Virus record (IMG/VR): IMGVR_UViG_3300046531_000473
Span: 5,834-69,833 of that record
Length of the DNA: 64,000 bases
Source of the DNA: a virus
Taxonomy: Duplodnaviria; Caudoviricetes
Strand: one strand, 5' to 3'
Positions 1-9,646 of the stretch are shown here, piece by piece. Both the position numbers and the translations under genes were made by a program. Position 1 is the first letter of the stretch. Each line of letters opens with the position of its first letter. Under the pieces are notes generated by a model. That model saw only the letters and a program-made list of their open reading frames with translations, did no database searches and was not told the origin of the DNA.

Positions 1-3000
1 TGCTTAATCCAGTCAGCAACGGTGCCAGGAACATTGACAGGAGTACCAGCAGTGCCACCCATAGAAGCCATGAATGATGGCAAGAGCTTCCCTATCCAGT
101 CTAGTGCCCAATCCTTGACCTTGTTGAACATACCGGACGCGATGTTCTCCATACCAGGAAGATCCGGCGCTTTGATGTTCATGGTGCTGATGAGGCCATC
201 GAGTACACTCTTGGCACCTCCTGCAACCCAGCTCATGATGTTACCTGCTATGTCACCAATGCCACCTGCATAGCCTGGAATTTTGCCACCTGCCATCGCT
301 GCGAGGATGTCTTTTGTGTCTTTATTGCTAGCTACTTTTGTGCCCTTTGGAGCATGAAGTAGCTCGGGGCCTTCCTCGCCTACAATCATGAGACCGCCTG
401 GGTGCGCATCGGTACCCTGTGCATAGTGTGGAATCGGACTAAACCCCAATGTCTGGACAGTGCCTGTAGTGCCTAGAGCTTTTGCGAGGTCATTCAGTCC
501 TTTGCCGAAATAGTTAAGAAAATCAACAACTGCATGGACACCGCCGTTAAGCCTGTCAATAATGCCATTTATGATGTTATGGAATATATTCTGCACATCA
601 GTGCCTAGTTCATTGAATTTAGCGACTGCATTGGTTTTGAAGGTATTGAGGCCATTTGATATATCGTCCCACCATCCTTTGAAGGTCTTTGCTAACGGTG
701 TAAATATATCAACTATCTTGTTCCACGCGCTTTGGAATATATCGTGAAAGAAACCTGGTATTGCATTATAAACTGATACTACATTGCTCCACCATCCTTT
801 GAATGTATTTGCAAGTGGGGTGAATACCTCAACTATTTTGTTCCAACCTGCTTGAAATATATCATGGAAGAAGCCTGGAACAGCGTTATAAACAGATACT
901 ACATTGCTCCACCATCCTTTGAATGTATTAGCAAATGGCGTGAACACCTCAACTATTTTGTTCCAACCTGCTTGAAATATATCATGGAAGAAGCCTGCCA
1001 CCCCTGCAAGCACGTTCTTGGTATCATTCCACCTGTCGCCAAACCATTTACCCAAGAATCCGAAGAATTCTACAACATGATCCCATGCACCCTTGAAGAC
1101 ATCGTGGAAAAACGCTCCTACTCCACCGAAAGCATCCTTTGTCTGTTTCCATTTTTCTTGCCACCAAGCACCCCAAGATGCAAATGTTGCTGAAACTGCA
1201 TTATAGGCTTCGGTGAACCATTCATGAAACTTTGCACCAAGCTTACCCCACAGTGCAACCAATATATTCCATGTTGTTTGAAATACCTGTCCAATATAGT
1301 CTGTTATAGGCTTTAAAGGTGTTGTTATTTCACTCCATCGATCACCGAACCACTTACCTATATTGCCAAATAATCCTGTAATACCCTTATACATGCTAGA
1401 GCCAACATCGTTGAACCATTTCCCTGCTCCTCCCCACCAGTTTTGCACGTCATGCCATTTATCTTGAAAGAATTGGCCAACGCCTCCGAAAAAGTTTGTT
1501 ATCCCTTTCATCATAGAAGATCCAACATCGTTGAACCATTGACCTGCTCCACCCCACCATGTCTGCACTTTATGCCACTGCTCATTGAACCATCCACCAA
1601 GAGGCGCGAATGCCCATTGTATGCCGTGCCACGCGTCCACAGCTCTATCAGATATCCACTGCCATGCTGCTTGAAAACCATACTTGATGCCATCACCCAT
1701 TCGCACTATCCACGGCTTCTGTGCTTCCTCCATTTGAGCGTGTAGCTCCTTTTGTTTGGCAAGTTGTGCCTTCTTGTCATCGTCCGCTTTGTGTAAACGG
1801 TCAATTTGACCTTGCTCTTGATGTATGGTGATCGTTAGTTGATGTTGAAGTTCAGCTTTTTCAGTTGCATCATGGGTTTCAAGCAATTTCTGGATAATAC
1901 CTTGTCGCTCTTTTTCAAAATTATCAATAGCGGCTTGTGCACCCTTGGCAGTATTCTCGTCCTGCGCTATACGCATCTTGACATGAGATTGTTCAACGCT
2001 AATGCGAGTCTGCTCAGTTTTACCTGTGATCCATCCCATTATGTCGCCCCAGTGCTGCACAGCAAGGATGATGCCAGCGACTACAAGGGCAATTGCCGCA
2101 CCGATAGCAAACAATGGTAGAGTCGCGGCAATTGTGCCAGTAGCAGCTAGCCAAGCGGCACCTGCCCAAGCAACGAACCCAGCAACAAGAGCCGGAATGG
2201 TAGCAATAAAGGCCCCTATTTGAATAGCCGCTATTGCTACTCCAACACCTAAAAGAATGTCCTTAAATATTTGTGCTTTGATCGATCCTTCATTCAAAAA
2301 CGAATACAATCTTCCAAGATCAAAGACAAATATATCAATAGCCGGTAAAACTATAGTTGTAAGTATTGTTCCAAGTATTCCAAATGCGTCCTTAACAATA
2401 GGACCTATGAGTTTCAAATTAGAAAGATCGAGACGTATAATCTGATTGCCTAATGTCTCAAAATCCGCAAGTATACCTGAAAACTGATCAGATGAGAGAT
2501 ATGCTGCAATACTGCCAAATACCTCACCAATACCTTTGCCTATTTGGCTTAATAGAGGTAATATATCTTTGAAACTGATTATAAACCATCCGCCTATTTC
2601 TTGTACTACAGGTGCAAGGTTAGCAATAGTAGGGATAACTCTTGAAGTTATGAATTGTGTAATTGATTGAAGGGCTCCACCGACCTTCTCACCCATCGTC
2701 TTCGCAAAATCTTGAAATGATTGTGATGACACGAGATCACCAAGTTGTGTCAAGCCTACCTTTGCAGCATCAAATAGAGGACCGCTAAAGGATCGTAGTG
2801 CTGCATTTGCGTTATCCTTGAAAGTGCTGAGCAAGCCATTGAATGTCATGCTTTGTGCTTGCATGCCTCCGCCAAATGTCTTCTCCATTCCTGCCCTAAG
2901 TAGCTCTATGCCTTGATCGGCAGGGATGAGGCCAGCCGTTACCATCTCTTTGATTTGGGGGACAGTCTTCCCCATTCCATCGGCTAGAATCTGGAAACCA

Positions 3001-4046
3001 TTGATGCCAACACTCGTAAGCTGCATGAGATCTTGCGTCTGTATTTTACCAGCCGCATGCATTTGACCAAACACATCCACAACCTGCTCTAGATATGCTG
3101 GTGAGCTTTTACCTAGTCCGCTCAATGCATCGCCAATAGCCGTTATGATAGGAAATGTCTCTTTTGTAGTAAATTGAAATGCTAATAACTTTTGATCTGC
3201 TTCTGCAACATCAGGGAATTCAAAAGGTGTTGCCGCTGCAAAGTCTGATATTTTCTTTAATTCCTCGTGAGCCAGGCTAGCAGAGTGGAAGATGCTAGTA
3301 AACGCAACGGTCGTTTGCTCCATGCTGGCATTTGAACCGATCAGAAGATTGCCGACACCAACCGCCGTCTGAAAAACAGCTTGAACACCATTTATCGCAA
3401 GTCCAATCTTTCCAGCAAACTCCATTACCCCGCCAGCAGCACTTGCAAATCCTGAACCGATGTTACCTAGATGCTCTTTAATTCCACTTAAAACGCCTGA
3501 AAATATATTCGTGCTATTTGATGTTTTATTATTAGCCTCAGATAATTGAGTCATTTCAGCTTGAAGTCTCGACGCTTCTGATTGAACCTTGCTCATAGCG
3601 TTGCCAACTGTGTTTTCAGCAACACTGACTTTCTCAGCAGCAAGAGCTGCTTGATTTTGAGCCACAGTTATCTGCTCGACACTCGCTTTTCCACTAGCTA
3701 CCATGGCATTTGCCTTTTCCATAGCAGCAGCCGCTTGTGCCTGGACAACTCCAAATCGAGCAGCTGACTCACTCGCTTTTAGTTGAAGAGTGGTAAATTT
3801 TGAGACATCAAGGCCAGCAGCCTCAGCTTCTTTAGATAAGCTCTGCATGCCACTTGAGGCATTCTTCACTTCAGCCGTAAAGCGATTGGTCAGTACCGAA
3901 CTAACATCTTTTGTTGCAGTTTGAAGATTATCAAGCTTTTCTTGCGCAAGCTTTGAGCTATCTCCCATAGCAGAGAGATCTGCTTTTGCTTGTGATATAC
4001 CGTCTATCGATACTTTACCGACCAATTGACTTGCCACGATGCTCAA
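1..4046 (-). CDS. Tape measure protein (C-terminus runs off the left edge)
   Basis: Open minus frame from TTG at 4046 (RBS GAGGAGG), MSIVASQLVGKVSIDG. Contains a tape-measure N-terminal-type segment (FAAATPFEFPDV...GKIQTQDLMQL), W/F-rich periodic repeats and a YAQGT...VGEEGPEL motif. Follows the tail chaperone. Missing from the ORF track because no stop lies in the window. Confidence 0.93.
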   Translation of the reverse strand, partial: MSIVASQLVGKVSIDGISQAKADLSAMGDSSKLAQEKLDNLQTATKDVSSVLTNRFTAEVKNASSGMQSLSKEAEAAGLDVSKFTTLQLKASESAARFGVVQAQAAAAMEKANAMVASGKASVEQITVAQNQAALAAEKVSVAENTVGNAMSKVQSEASRLQAEMTQLSEANNKTSNSTNIFSGVLSGIKEHLGNIGSGFASAAGGVMEFAGKIGLAINGVQAVFQTAVGVGNLLIGSNASMEQTTVAFTSIFHSASLAHEELKKISDFAAATPFEFPDVAEADQKLLAFQFTTKETFPIITAIGDALSGLGKSSPAYLEQVVDVFGQMHAAGKIQTQDLMQLTSVGINGFQILADGMGKTVPQIKEMVTAGLIPADQGIELLRAGMEKTFGGGMQAQSMTFNGLLSTFKDNANAALRSFSGPLFDAAKVGLTQLGDLVSSQSFQDFAKTMGEKVGGALQSITQFITSRVIPTIANLAPVVQEIGGWFIISFKDILPLLSQIGKGIGEVFGSIAAYLSSDQFSGILADFETLGNQIIRLDLSNLKLIGPIVKDAFGILGTILTTIVLPAIDIFVFDLGRLYSFLNEGSIKAQIFKDILLGVGVAIAAIQIGAFIATIPALVAGFVAWAGAAWLAATGTIAATLPLFAIGAAIALVVAGIILAVQHWGDIMGWITGKTEQTRISVEQSHVKMRIAQDENTAKGAQAAIDNFEKERQGIIQKLLETHDATEKAELQHQLTITIHQEQGQIDRLHKADDDKKAQLAKQKELHAQMEEAQKPWIVRMGDGIKYGFQAAWQWISDRAVDAWHGIQWAFAPLGGWFNEQWHKVQTWWGGAGQWFNDVGSSMMKGITNFFGGVGQFFQDKWHDVQNWWGGAGKWFNDVGSSMYKGITGLFGNIGKWFGDRWSEITTPLKPITDYIGQVFQTTWNILVALWGKLGAKFHEWFTEAYNAVSATFASWGAWWQEKWKQTKDAFGGVGAFFHDVFKGAWDHVVEFFGFLGKWFGDRWNDTKNVLAGVAGFFHDIFQAGWNKIVEVFTPFANTFKGWWSNVVSVYNAVPGFFHDIFQAGWNKIVEVFTPLANTFKGWWSNVVSVYNAIPGFFHDIFQSAWNKIVDIFTPLAKTFKGWWDDISNGLNTFKTNAVAKFNELGTDVQNIFHNIINGIIDRLNGGVHAVVDFLNYFGKGLNDLAKALGTTGTVQTLGFSPIPHYAQGTDAHPGGLMIVGEEGPELLHAPKGTKVASNKDTKDILAAMAGGKIPGYAGGIGDIAGNIMSWVAGGAKSVLDGLISTMNIKAPDLPGMENIASGMFNKVKDWALDWIGKLLPSFMASMGGTAGTPVNVPGTVADWIK

Positions 4047-4060
4047 TTAATTACCTCCTC

Positions 4061-4291
4061 TCATGAATGTTGTTCCTTTTGCTTTCTAGCGCCATTCTCT
4101 GCACTGTTTGCTACAAGAGCCCTATCTCTCCACCAAACGCTTTGAGCAGCTAACTCCCATGGCGAACAATGGCACCTATCAGCCGCGATGAATAGCGGAT
4201 ACCAGTCTGGACAAAAGCCCATCATTCCGTCTGTTGCAAGGTACCTTTCCAGGCCTATTAATTCTGGGTCTGGGGTACCACTGCTTCCGGG
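4061..4291 (-). CDS. Tail assembly chaperone -1 frameshift extension (gpGT-like)
   Basis: -1 frame open from just after a TGA near 4300 to TGA at 4061 (GSGTPDPELIGLERYLATDG...KEQHS*). Candidate slippery heptamer CCCGGAA at 4285-4291. Canonical position between chaperone and tape measure. Confidence 0.6.
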   Translation of the reverse strand, partial: PGSSGTPDPELIGLERYLATDGMMGFCPDWYPLFIAADRCHCSPWELAAQSVWWRDRALVANSAENGARKQKEQHS

Positions 4292-4620
4292 CGGACATCA
4301 CTCATAATTGCGTACATGCATTTCATTTTGAATGAAAGCTCAAGTTGTGCAAGACGATCATGAGTTAACGGCCACATCACTTTCTGTTCATCGTCTTCAA
4401 AAAAGTCCCAAGATTTGATCAAACCCGAAAGCATCTCGTTGAGTCCAAGTAGAGCATCTCTTGCCATACTTACTGATGTAATACCATCGAAGCCTGCAAA
4501 CTTGACAAAGATCTCATCAGTCACTTTAGAAGGATAGTACACTATAGTCAGCGTTTCACCATAAGCTGCAATGGTGGTTGTCGCTTCGTTCTTCTGTATC
4601 TTTGCGTACGATAAAGGCAT
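4258..4620 (-). CDS. Tail assembly chaperone (gpG-like)
   Basis: 120 aa, located between tail tube and tape measure. Confidence 0.75.
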   Translation of the reverse strand: MPLSYAKIQKNEATTTIAAYGETLTIVYYPSKVTDEIFVKFAGFDGITSVSMARDALLGLNEMLSGLIKSWDFFEDDEQKVMWPLTHDRLAQLELSFKMKCMYAIMSDVRPEAVVPQTQN

Positions 4621-4627
4621 ATAACTC

Positions 4628-5899
4628 CTACAATGCTGTAATAAGATTTGTTACTGTTGCTTGGTGCGCATGGCCCCACACTGAATCCTCAAAGATGTCA
4701 CAAGTCCATTCAATAGCGTAGACGCCTGCACTGTCTTGCCATGCACTCGGAGCGCCTACTTTGATAGCCATGTCATGCTGGAATGTGTTATAGATCTGTG
4801 TTTGCGTGATTAAGAATGTGCCGCCTGTAAGACTTCCACCATTACCAGTTACTGCCGTAACATCAGTTGCAAGCGCTAGGAGGAAGGTGATTATGTAAGG
4901 TCCACCAGCACCACCTGTTACTGTTGCATTGCCAGCGCCGACAGTGGACAGAAGAAGGAAGGCTGTTTGGACAGTAGCGCCTGTTGCATTAAATGCAAGC
5001 GCGGTGGTTGTTTGACCTTTATATGTGAGAGTGAACGTACCTGCGCTAGGAGAACCAAGAGTGACCGTCTGGTTGTTGTCGATCAAGCTACCGACCACCT
5101 GCACACGTAGGTATTGCGTCGAGCCTGTACGCATGTTGCTGAGCAATGCCATTCCAGTTGAGTCAGCCTCGGTCATGATCTTGACACTGCTATTAGGATT
5201 AAGATCTACATGAGCTGCAAAGCTAGCGTTGGCTCTGTTGAGAGGCCAGAATGGACCATAGAGGTTGTCGATATTAAAGTCTACCGACAAGAACTTGAGA
5301 AGCTGTGTGACACCAAGGCCAGCAGAGGTAGTATCTAGATACAAGTTGGTTTGTTGTCCTGTCATTGGAGACAATGCAACAACAGTAGGACTTGATGTCA
5401 TGGTAATACCATCGGTTACCTGCTGAGCCATGATATTACCGGATATCGAAGCATCCTGTCGTGTGATCTTGTACCCAAGCTTCGTGATGAGACCATATGC
5501 GAACTTCTGTGCTCGTGTTGCTGTTTCACCTTGCTCTATGCTGTACGTCTGTGGTTGTCTTGATCCACTCAAGATGAAGTCATAAATCCAGTCTTTAGCA
5601 ATTGAGCTTGCCCCGTGTGCTACTGGCGTAACGATACCCGATGCTCCTGCTAGTGCGTAGAGAATGCCATTGAAGTCCATGGAACCAGTATAAGTTCCAT
5701 CGATGTACTCGCTGTTTAACTGCTGCACTGATGGATATTTGCGGCCTGTACCAGATGTAGTCTTGATTGATGGTTTTATGGTGAATGCCATAGTGTAGCA
5801 ATCAATACGCTTGTTGGCCGCTACCGCTGTTCCTGGCGTTGTTTCAGCTGCCATTTGGAGCGTCTGATTTACACTGGATCTTTCGGGATTAAACGTCAT
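4628..5899 (-). CDS. Major tail (tube) protein with inserted beta-rich domain
   Basis: Size, synteny and Thr/Gly-rich composition; start moved to ATG 5899 after GGAGA. Confidence 0.8.
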   Translation of the reverse strand: MTFNPERSSVNQTLQMAAETTPGTAVAANKRIDCYTMAFTIKPSIKTTSGTGRKYPSVQQLNSEYIDGTYTGSMDFNGILYALAGASGIVTPVAHGASSIAKDWIYDFILSGSRQPQTYSIEQGETATRAQKFAYGLITKLGYKITRQDASISGNIMAQQVTDGITMTSSPTVVALSPMTGQQTNLYLDTTSAGLGVTQLLKFLSVDFNIDNLYGPFWPLNRANASFAAHVDLNPNSSVKIMTEADSTGMALLSNMRTGSTQYLRVQVVGSLIDNNQTVTLGSPSAGTFTLTYKGQTTTALAFNATGATVQTAFLLLSTVGAGNATVTGGAGGPYIITFLLALATDVTAVTGNGGSLTGGTFLITQTQIYNTFQHDMAIKVGAPSAWQDSAGVYAIEWTCDIFEDSVWGHAHQATVTNLITAL

Positions 5900-5979
5900 T
5901 TGGTGTATCTCCATCACCCCAAGCTTAACATCTATTCAAAGGTGCTAGGCATGAGATACGAAAAGAACTTTTAACTATA

Positions 5980-6417
5980 CTACATTTGTTGCGAAATTAC
6001 GCGATACAAGCCGCCAAGATGCGTGTACTGTATACCTGATGCATCTTCATCATATTGTATAGAACTTTCTCTAAAAACACTTAATATGAAAGATCCAGTT
6101 ACTGCAATGTTTCGTAGCCCTTGATTACCTCCGAGTACCACATCAATCTGAGATGCAAGAGCAAACACATCGGATGCATTAATCATAGGACCGCTTGCTT
6201 TTACCTGATAAAGCGCTCTTACAAGGAGTCGTCTGCCATTAGCCGTTAAGGTATCAATTCCTGATTGAAAGGCAACGATCGTTACAGGCAAAGGTGCTTG
6301 TACAAGCGCGAACGCCCGACATACACCGCCTGGACTAAGACTCATCAATGTTGAATCTGATGAGAGCATCCCGATCAGGAACTGAATACCGCTTGCTGTT
6401 TCATGGACAGCAGTCAT
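5980..6417 (-). CDS. Tail completion/terminator protein
   Basis: 145 aa directly before the tail tube gene; C-terminal YTHLGGLYRVI. Confidence 0.65.
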   Translation of the reverse strand: MTAVHETASGIQFLIGMLSSDSTLMSLSPGGVCRAFALVQAPLPVTIVAFQSGIDTLTANGRRLLVRALYQVKASGPMINASDVFALASQIDVVLGGNQGLRNIAVTGSFILSVFRESSIQYDEDASGIQYTHLGGLYRVISQQM

Positions 6418-6815
6418 TTACCAGCATCCTCAAGTTTCTTAGCAATATCACTCATTGCATTATCCAGATCAGCTTTTGTCTCCTCGATTCCAGGCTCCCA
6501 AAATGGATTAGGCGCTTGGTGGATGGTCCCATAATTAGGGAACACAGCGTAATTTGCTGCAACACCGACAATAGCTTCATTGTCCCCTGATGGCTTTTCC
6601 TCTGCAAGAGCTTTATCGCCTCCTGCATAGTCGCTACCATTCGGCGTGCTGGCATAGACACTGTTCAGCATAAAGCCCGTCCTCACCTGATTATTGGCTT
6701 TTATATGATCCTGCACATGTCCCTTGCCAGCTTTTGCCACGTTCGTAACAGCTTCTTTACATGCAGGAACGAGAGCATCAGCTATGGTTTTCCAATTATT
6801 GAAATTAGTGTTCAT
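6414..6815 (-). CDS. HK97 gp10-like neck/tail component
   Basis: VRTGFMLNSV...ANYAVFPNYGTIHQAPNPFWEPG motif typical of the gp10 family. Confidence 0.8.
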   Translation of the reverse strand: MNTNFNNWKTIADALVPACKEAVTNVAKAGKGHVQDHIKANNQVRTGFMLNSVYASTPNGSDYAGGDKALAEEKPSGDNEAIVGVAANYAVFPNYGTIHQAPNPFWEPGIEETKADLDNAMSDIAKKLEDAGK

Positions 6816-7023
6816 CAGCTTTTACCTCGTAGCTTCTCCAAGCTCCTTGCGCTTGTATCGATCTTCCAAGCCGTGCCGTCAATTGAGTGAGCATCGAATT
6901 GGCAACAGCAGGATCAAGATGCATCAGTTCCTCTCTAATGAGTTTCCTAAGCAATCCTTGCAGCTCTGGGCTCTTGTCTAGAAGATCAAAGCTGACTTGC
7001 ACGCTCAATTCTGTTGATGCCAT
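6805..7023 (-). CDS. Hypothetical virion-module protein
   Basis: 72 aa, coupled to the gp10-like gene. Confidence 0.5.
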   Translation of the reverse strand: MASTELSVQVSFDLLDKSPELQGLLRKLIREELMHLDPAVANSMLTQLTARLGRSIQAQGAWRSYEVKADEH

Positions 7024-7048
7024 AGATCACCTCTATATATGCTAAGAA

Positions 7049-8110
7049 CTACTTCCAGACAATAGTAATATCCATTGTTCCAGTTGTTGTAATGCTCAAT
7101 CCAGTTGCAAAAGCAATGTCGTATATTGCTGTTAGCGGACCATTTTGAAGTAAAGTAGCAGGAAATGTAATCTTGCCAATGATGGGTGTTGTGTTTGTAA
7201 GTGCATCATCAAATTCAATTGTTCCACTTCCAACAGGAAGGTTGATAACAATTGAATGCAATACTCCTGCTCCTGTTTTAACAAGTGCAGTAGCTGCTGT
7301 GGTCATATGTGTGTAGTTGTATCCACCGATGGTAACGGTGCCTTGAACTCCTATAGTAATTGGCTTGAAAATTGCTGCTGCTGCCACCCATGGCTTAGAT
7401 GCTGCAATTGTTGCCTGCGGTATGATTGGAGAACATCCGGCAACAAACTGTGATAATGAAGCGAAGGAAAATAAACCTGCTGGAGTCACTGTGTTTAGTG
7501 ACGCGTCAACAGCCCAGCTTGTGCCTGTTACGGCGGTCACGGCCTCTGCTGTAGTTCCGACGCCAACACTTAGGAATGCCAAGGCATTAGGAGAAGAGGA
7601 AGCAATGGCTGATGTGGAAGCTGTTGTGCCAGTGGCAGTGCCTACCGATGACTGCTCAGGTTGCCCGATGACCTGTGCAAGCAAGCCGCTGACTTCATAA
7701 ATCTCCATGCCCATGGAAGCAGTGGCCCCTGCATTCGTAACAGTGACCGTATTAGCGCCCGCTACAATATTCACAGCAAAGAATATAGCTACTTCAAATG
7801 TAGTGCTAAGTGGCTCTATCACAGCCTGCATATAAGTGTTGCCTGCCGAGTCTGCTACCGTTGGCGCTGTCCCATTGCCAACGCCGCACGCAACAATGAT
7901 AGAGTTCCCTGCTGTATTGTTTGCAGCAAAAGCTTTTGCTAGTGTTGCGACGGAACCTGTGCTTACGTTGTTGGTTTTCTGCACAATGGCTGGTGTACAG
8001 GATGTGTTCAGTGATCCGTCTGCGTTGACCTTCATCTCTTGTGTGAAGTTTACTGAGTCAGCAATATTTATGTTTCCCGCCGGATTGGATGGAGGTACCG
8101 GATATGTCAT
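7049..8110 (-). CDS. Putative virion fibre/decoration protein
   Basis: 353 aa, Ala/Thr/Val-rich and beta-type, inserted in the neck gene block; RBS GGAG. Confidence 0.6.
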   Translation of the reverse strand: MTYPVPPSNPAGNINIADSVNFTQEMKVNADGSLNTSCTPAIVQKTNNVSTGSVATLAKAFAANNTAGNSIIVACGVGNGTAPTVADSAGNTYMQAVIEPLSTTFEVAIFFAVNIVAGANTVTVTNAGATASMGMEIYEVSGLLAQVIGQPEQSSVGTATGTTASTSAIASSSPNALAFLSVGVGTTAEAVTAVTGTSWAVDASLNTVTPAGLFSFASLSQFVAGCSPIIPQATIAASKPWVAAAAIFKPITIGVQGTVTIGGYNYTHMTTAATALVKTGAGVLHSIVINLPVGSGTIEFDDALTNTTPIIGKITFPATLLQNGPLTAIYDIAFATGLSITTTGTMDITIVWK

Positions 8111-8127
8111 TGGTTACTCCTTATGTA

Positions 8128-8508
8128 CTAAAGCGTTCCTTGTGATTGCAGAAGTTCCTCTGCGATGATCTCTATGGTTGTTTGAGCCTCTGCTGACACC
8201 ATAACATTGTGTATGGTGTAAATGCGAGTTTTATACAATATTCTCATTGATGCATCAATGCTCTGCGACGGTCGGTATCGTATCAATATCTTGGACAACT
8301 TCGTGTAATGGATCTGGTGCGCTATGGATACTGGAAAGCCTTTCCATGGCTCAATGTGTGCCATAGTCTTGATATAATTTGTCCAAGCTTTTATACTGCT
8401 CCCTGTTGCATCAATGGTGACAACGCTGCTTTGTATAGTTATAGGCTTGTTATATTGCCCTGATCCTACTGTTACATCTGCTGAACTTAGTACATCTACT
8501 CCTGACAT
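8128..8508 (-). CDS. Head-tail adaptor (head closure, SPP1 gp16-like)
   Basis: KILIRYRP..IDASMRILYKTRIYTIHNV motif; synteny. Confidence 0.85.
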   Translation of the reverse strand: MSGVDVLSSADVTVGSGQYNKPITIQSSVVTIDATGSSIKAWTNYIKTMAHIEPWKGFPVSIAHQIHYTKLSKILIRYRPSQSIDASMRILYKTRIYTIHNVMVSAEAQTTIEIIAEELLQSQGTL

Positions 8509-8509
8509 A

Positions 8510-9148
8510 TCATATCCAATCTACTCTCTTTGCGAGTAACTTATTCTGGATATCCTGGAATTGAGCAGGATTACCAGCGGCTTCGCGATACTGATAGAAG
8601 TAGGCTATAAGTTCTAAGATAGGCTGTTTTAAAACAGGCGTAATCTGATAGGATGCTGAATATCCAGCTACAAATGTAAAACGCCATTCATTTGCAGTAG
8701 GAGGAGATTGAAAGTACAGGCGTGCTGGCTCGTAATTGTTATCTAGCTGGTACACACCTGTGAATGGTGCATATGCATCAAATATAGTTATTCTGTATTC
8801 AACAGTGGTCAGTGATTGAGCAGGAGGTGCTGCTAAGTCGAAGTAGAACATAGCAGGCCCAAAGGGATTAGCACCTAATTGTTGTTGATAGGCGTACCAA
8901 TTGGGTCCCTCTTCCATCGGACCTGATACAGCACCTCCGCGTGGTCTTGATAGTGTGAATACCTGCTGGATAGTCTGGGTGGCGAATGCTCTGCTCGTAA
9001 TCGTCTCAGCATAAGATCTGGCCCGTGTGATGATATTCGCGATGGTAAAATCTTCATCGTCAAAATCGACACGTAAATGCTGTTTTGCCTCTGTAAGCGT
9101 AATTGGCTCTACGCTTGGTGGCACTGTGACAATATACGAGCTTGGCAT
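8510..9148 (-). CDS. Head-tail connector (gp6/gp15-like)
   Basis: PSVEPITLTEAKQHLRVDFDDED...FVAGY...LKQPILELIAYFYQYRE motifs. Confidence 0.9.
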   Translation of the reverse strand: MPSSYIVTVPPSVEPITLTEAKQHLRVDFDDEDFTIANIITRARSYAETITSRAFATQTIQQVFTLSRPRGGAVSGPMEEGPNWYAYQQQLGANPFGPAMFYFDLAAPPAQSLTTVEYRITIFDAYAPFTGVYQLDNNYEPARLYFQSPPTANEWRFTFVAGYSASYQITPVLKQPILELIAYFYQYREAAGNPAQFQDIQNKLLAKRVDWI

Positions 9149-9160
9149 TCGTTGCTACTC

Positions 9161-9601
9161 CTAGACCCTACTTGGTGCGATACGAGCACGTCCCGTGAAA
9201 CCGAATGCGTCAAACAGTACGCTTGCGGATGAAGAGGTGGACACAAGCCGAATGTACCGTTTAGCTCCGATGTATCCAACCGTCCAGTTGATAGCCGTTG
9301 CTGCGGTCGTAATGGCTGTTGGCTGTGCGCCACCAACGTGCACAGGAGTATGATCCGTTGGACTTGTTGCGCTCCATGCAATCAGATCAGAATTGGCAGC
9401 AGTGGTGGGGGTCGAAGCATCATCACTGTCCTGGATGACAGGAGTGAGAGATCCACTGGTATAGGTGCCGCATTCAATGTGTATCGCGCCGCCGTCGAAG
9501 CCAGCCAGATCAATCCATGGTCCTGTTTGGGTCGTTGTGATCGCAGGACAAGCCGTCAGCTGAGAGTAGAATGATCCAAGCTGGGTAATGTCTCTTGCCA
9601 T
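9161..9601 (-). CDS. Putative capsid decoration protein
   Basis: 146 aa directly after the major capsid gene; TVGYIGAKRYIRLV motif. Confidence 0.55.
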   Translation of the reverse strand: MARDITQLGSFYSQLTACPAITTTQTGPWIDLAGFDGGAIHIECGTYTSGSLTPVIQDSDDASTPTTAANSDLIAWSATSPTDHTPVHVGGAQPTAITTAATAINWTVGYIGAKRYIRLVSTSSSASVLFDAFGFTGRARIAPSRV

Positions 9602-9646
9602 GTTCTTTATCCTTTTACAATACTATAGTAGTACTATCTCCACTTA

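Noticed and set aside
22-3767. Plus-strand ORFs listed over the first 4 kb
   Set aside because: Antisense shadows of the tape measure gene; no RBS context or recognisable motifs
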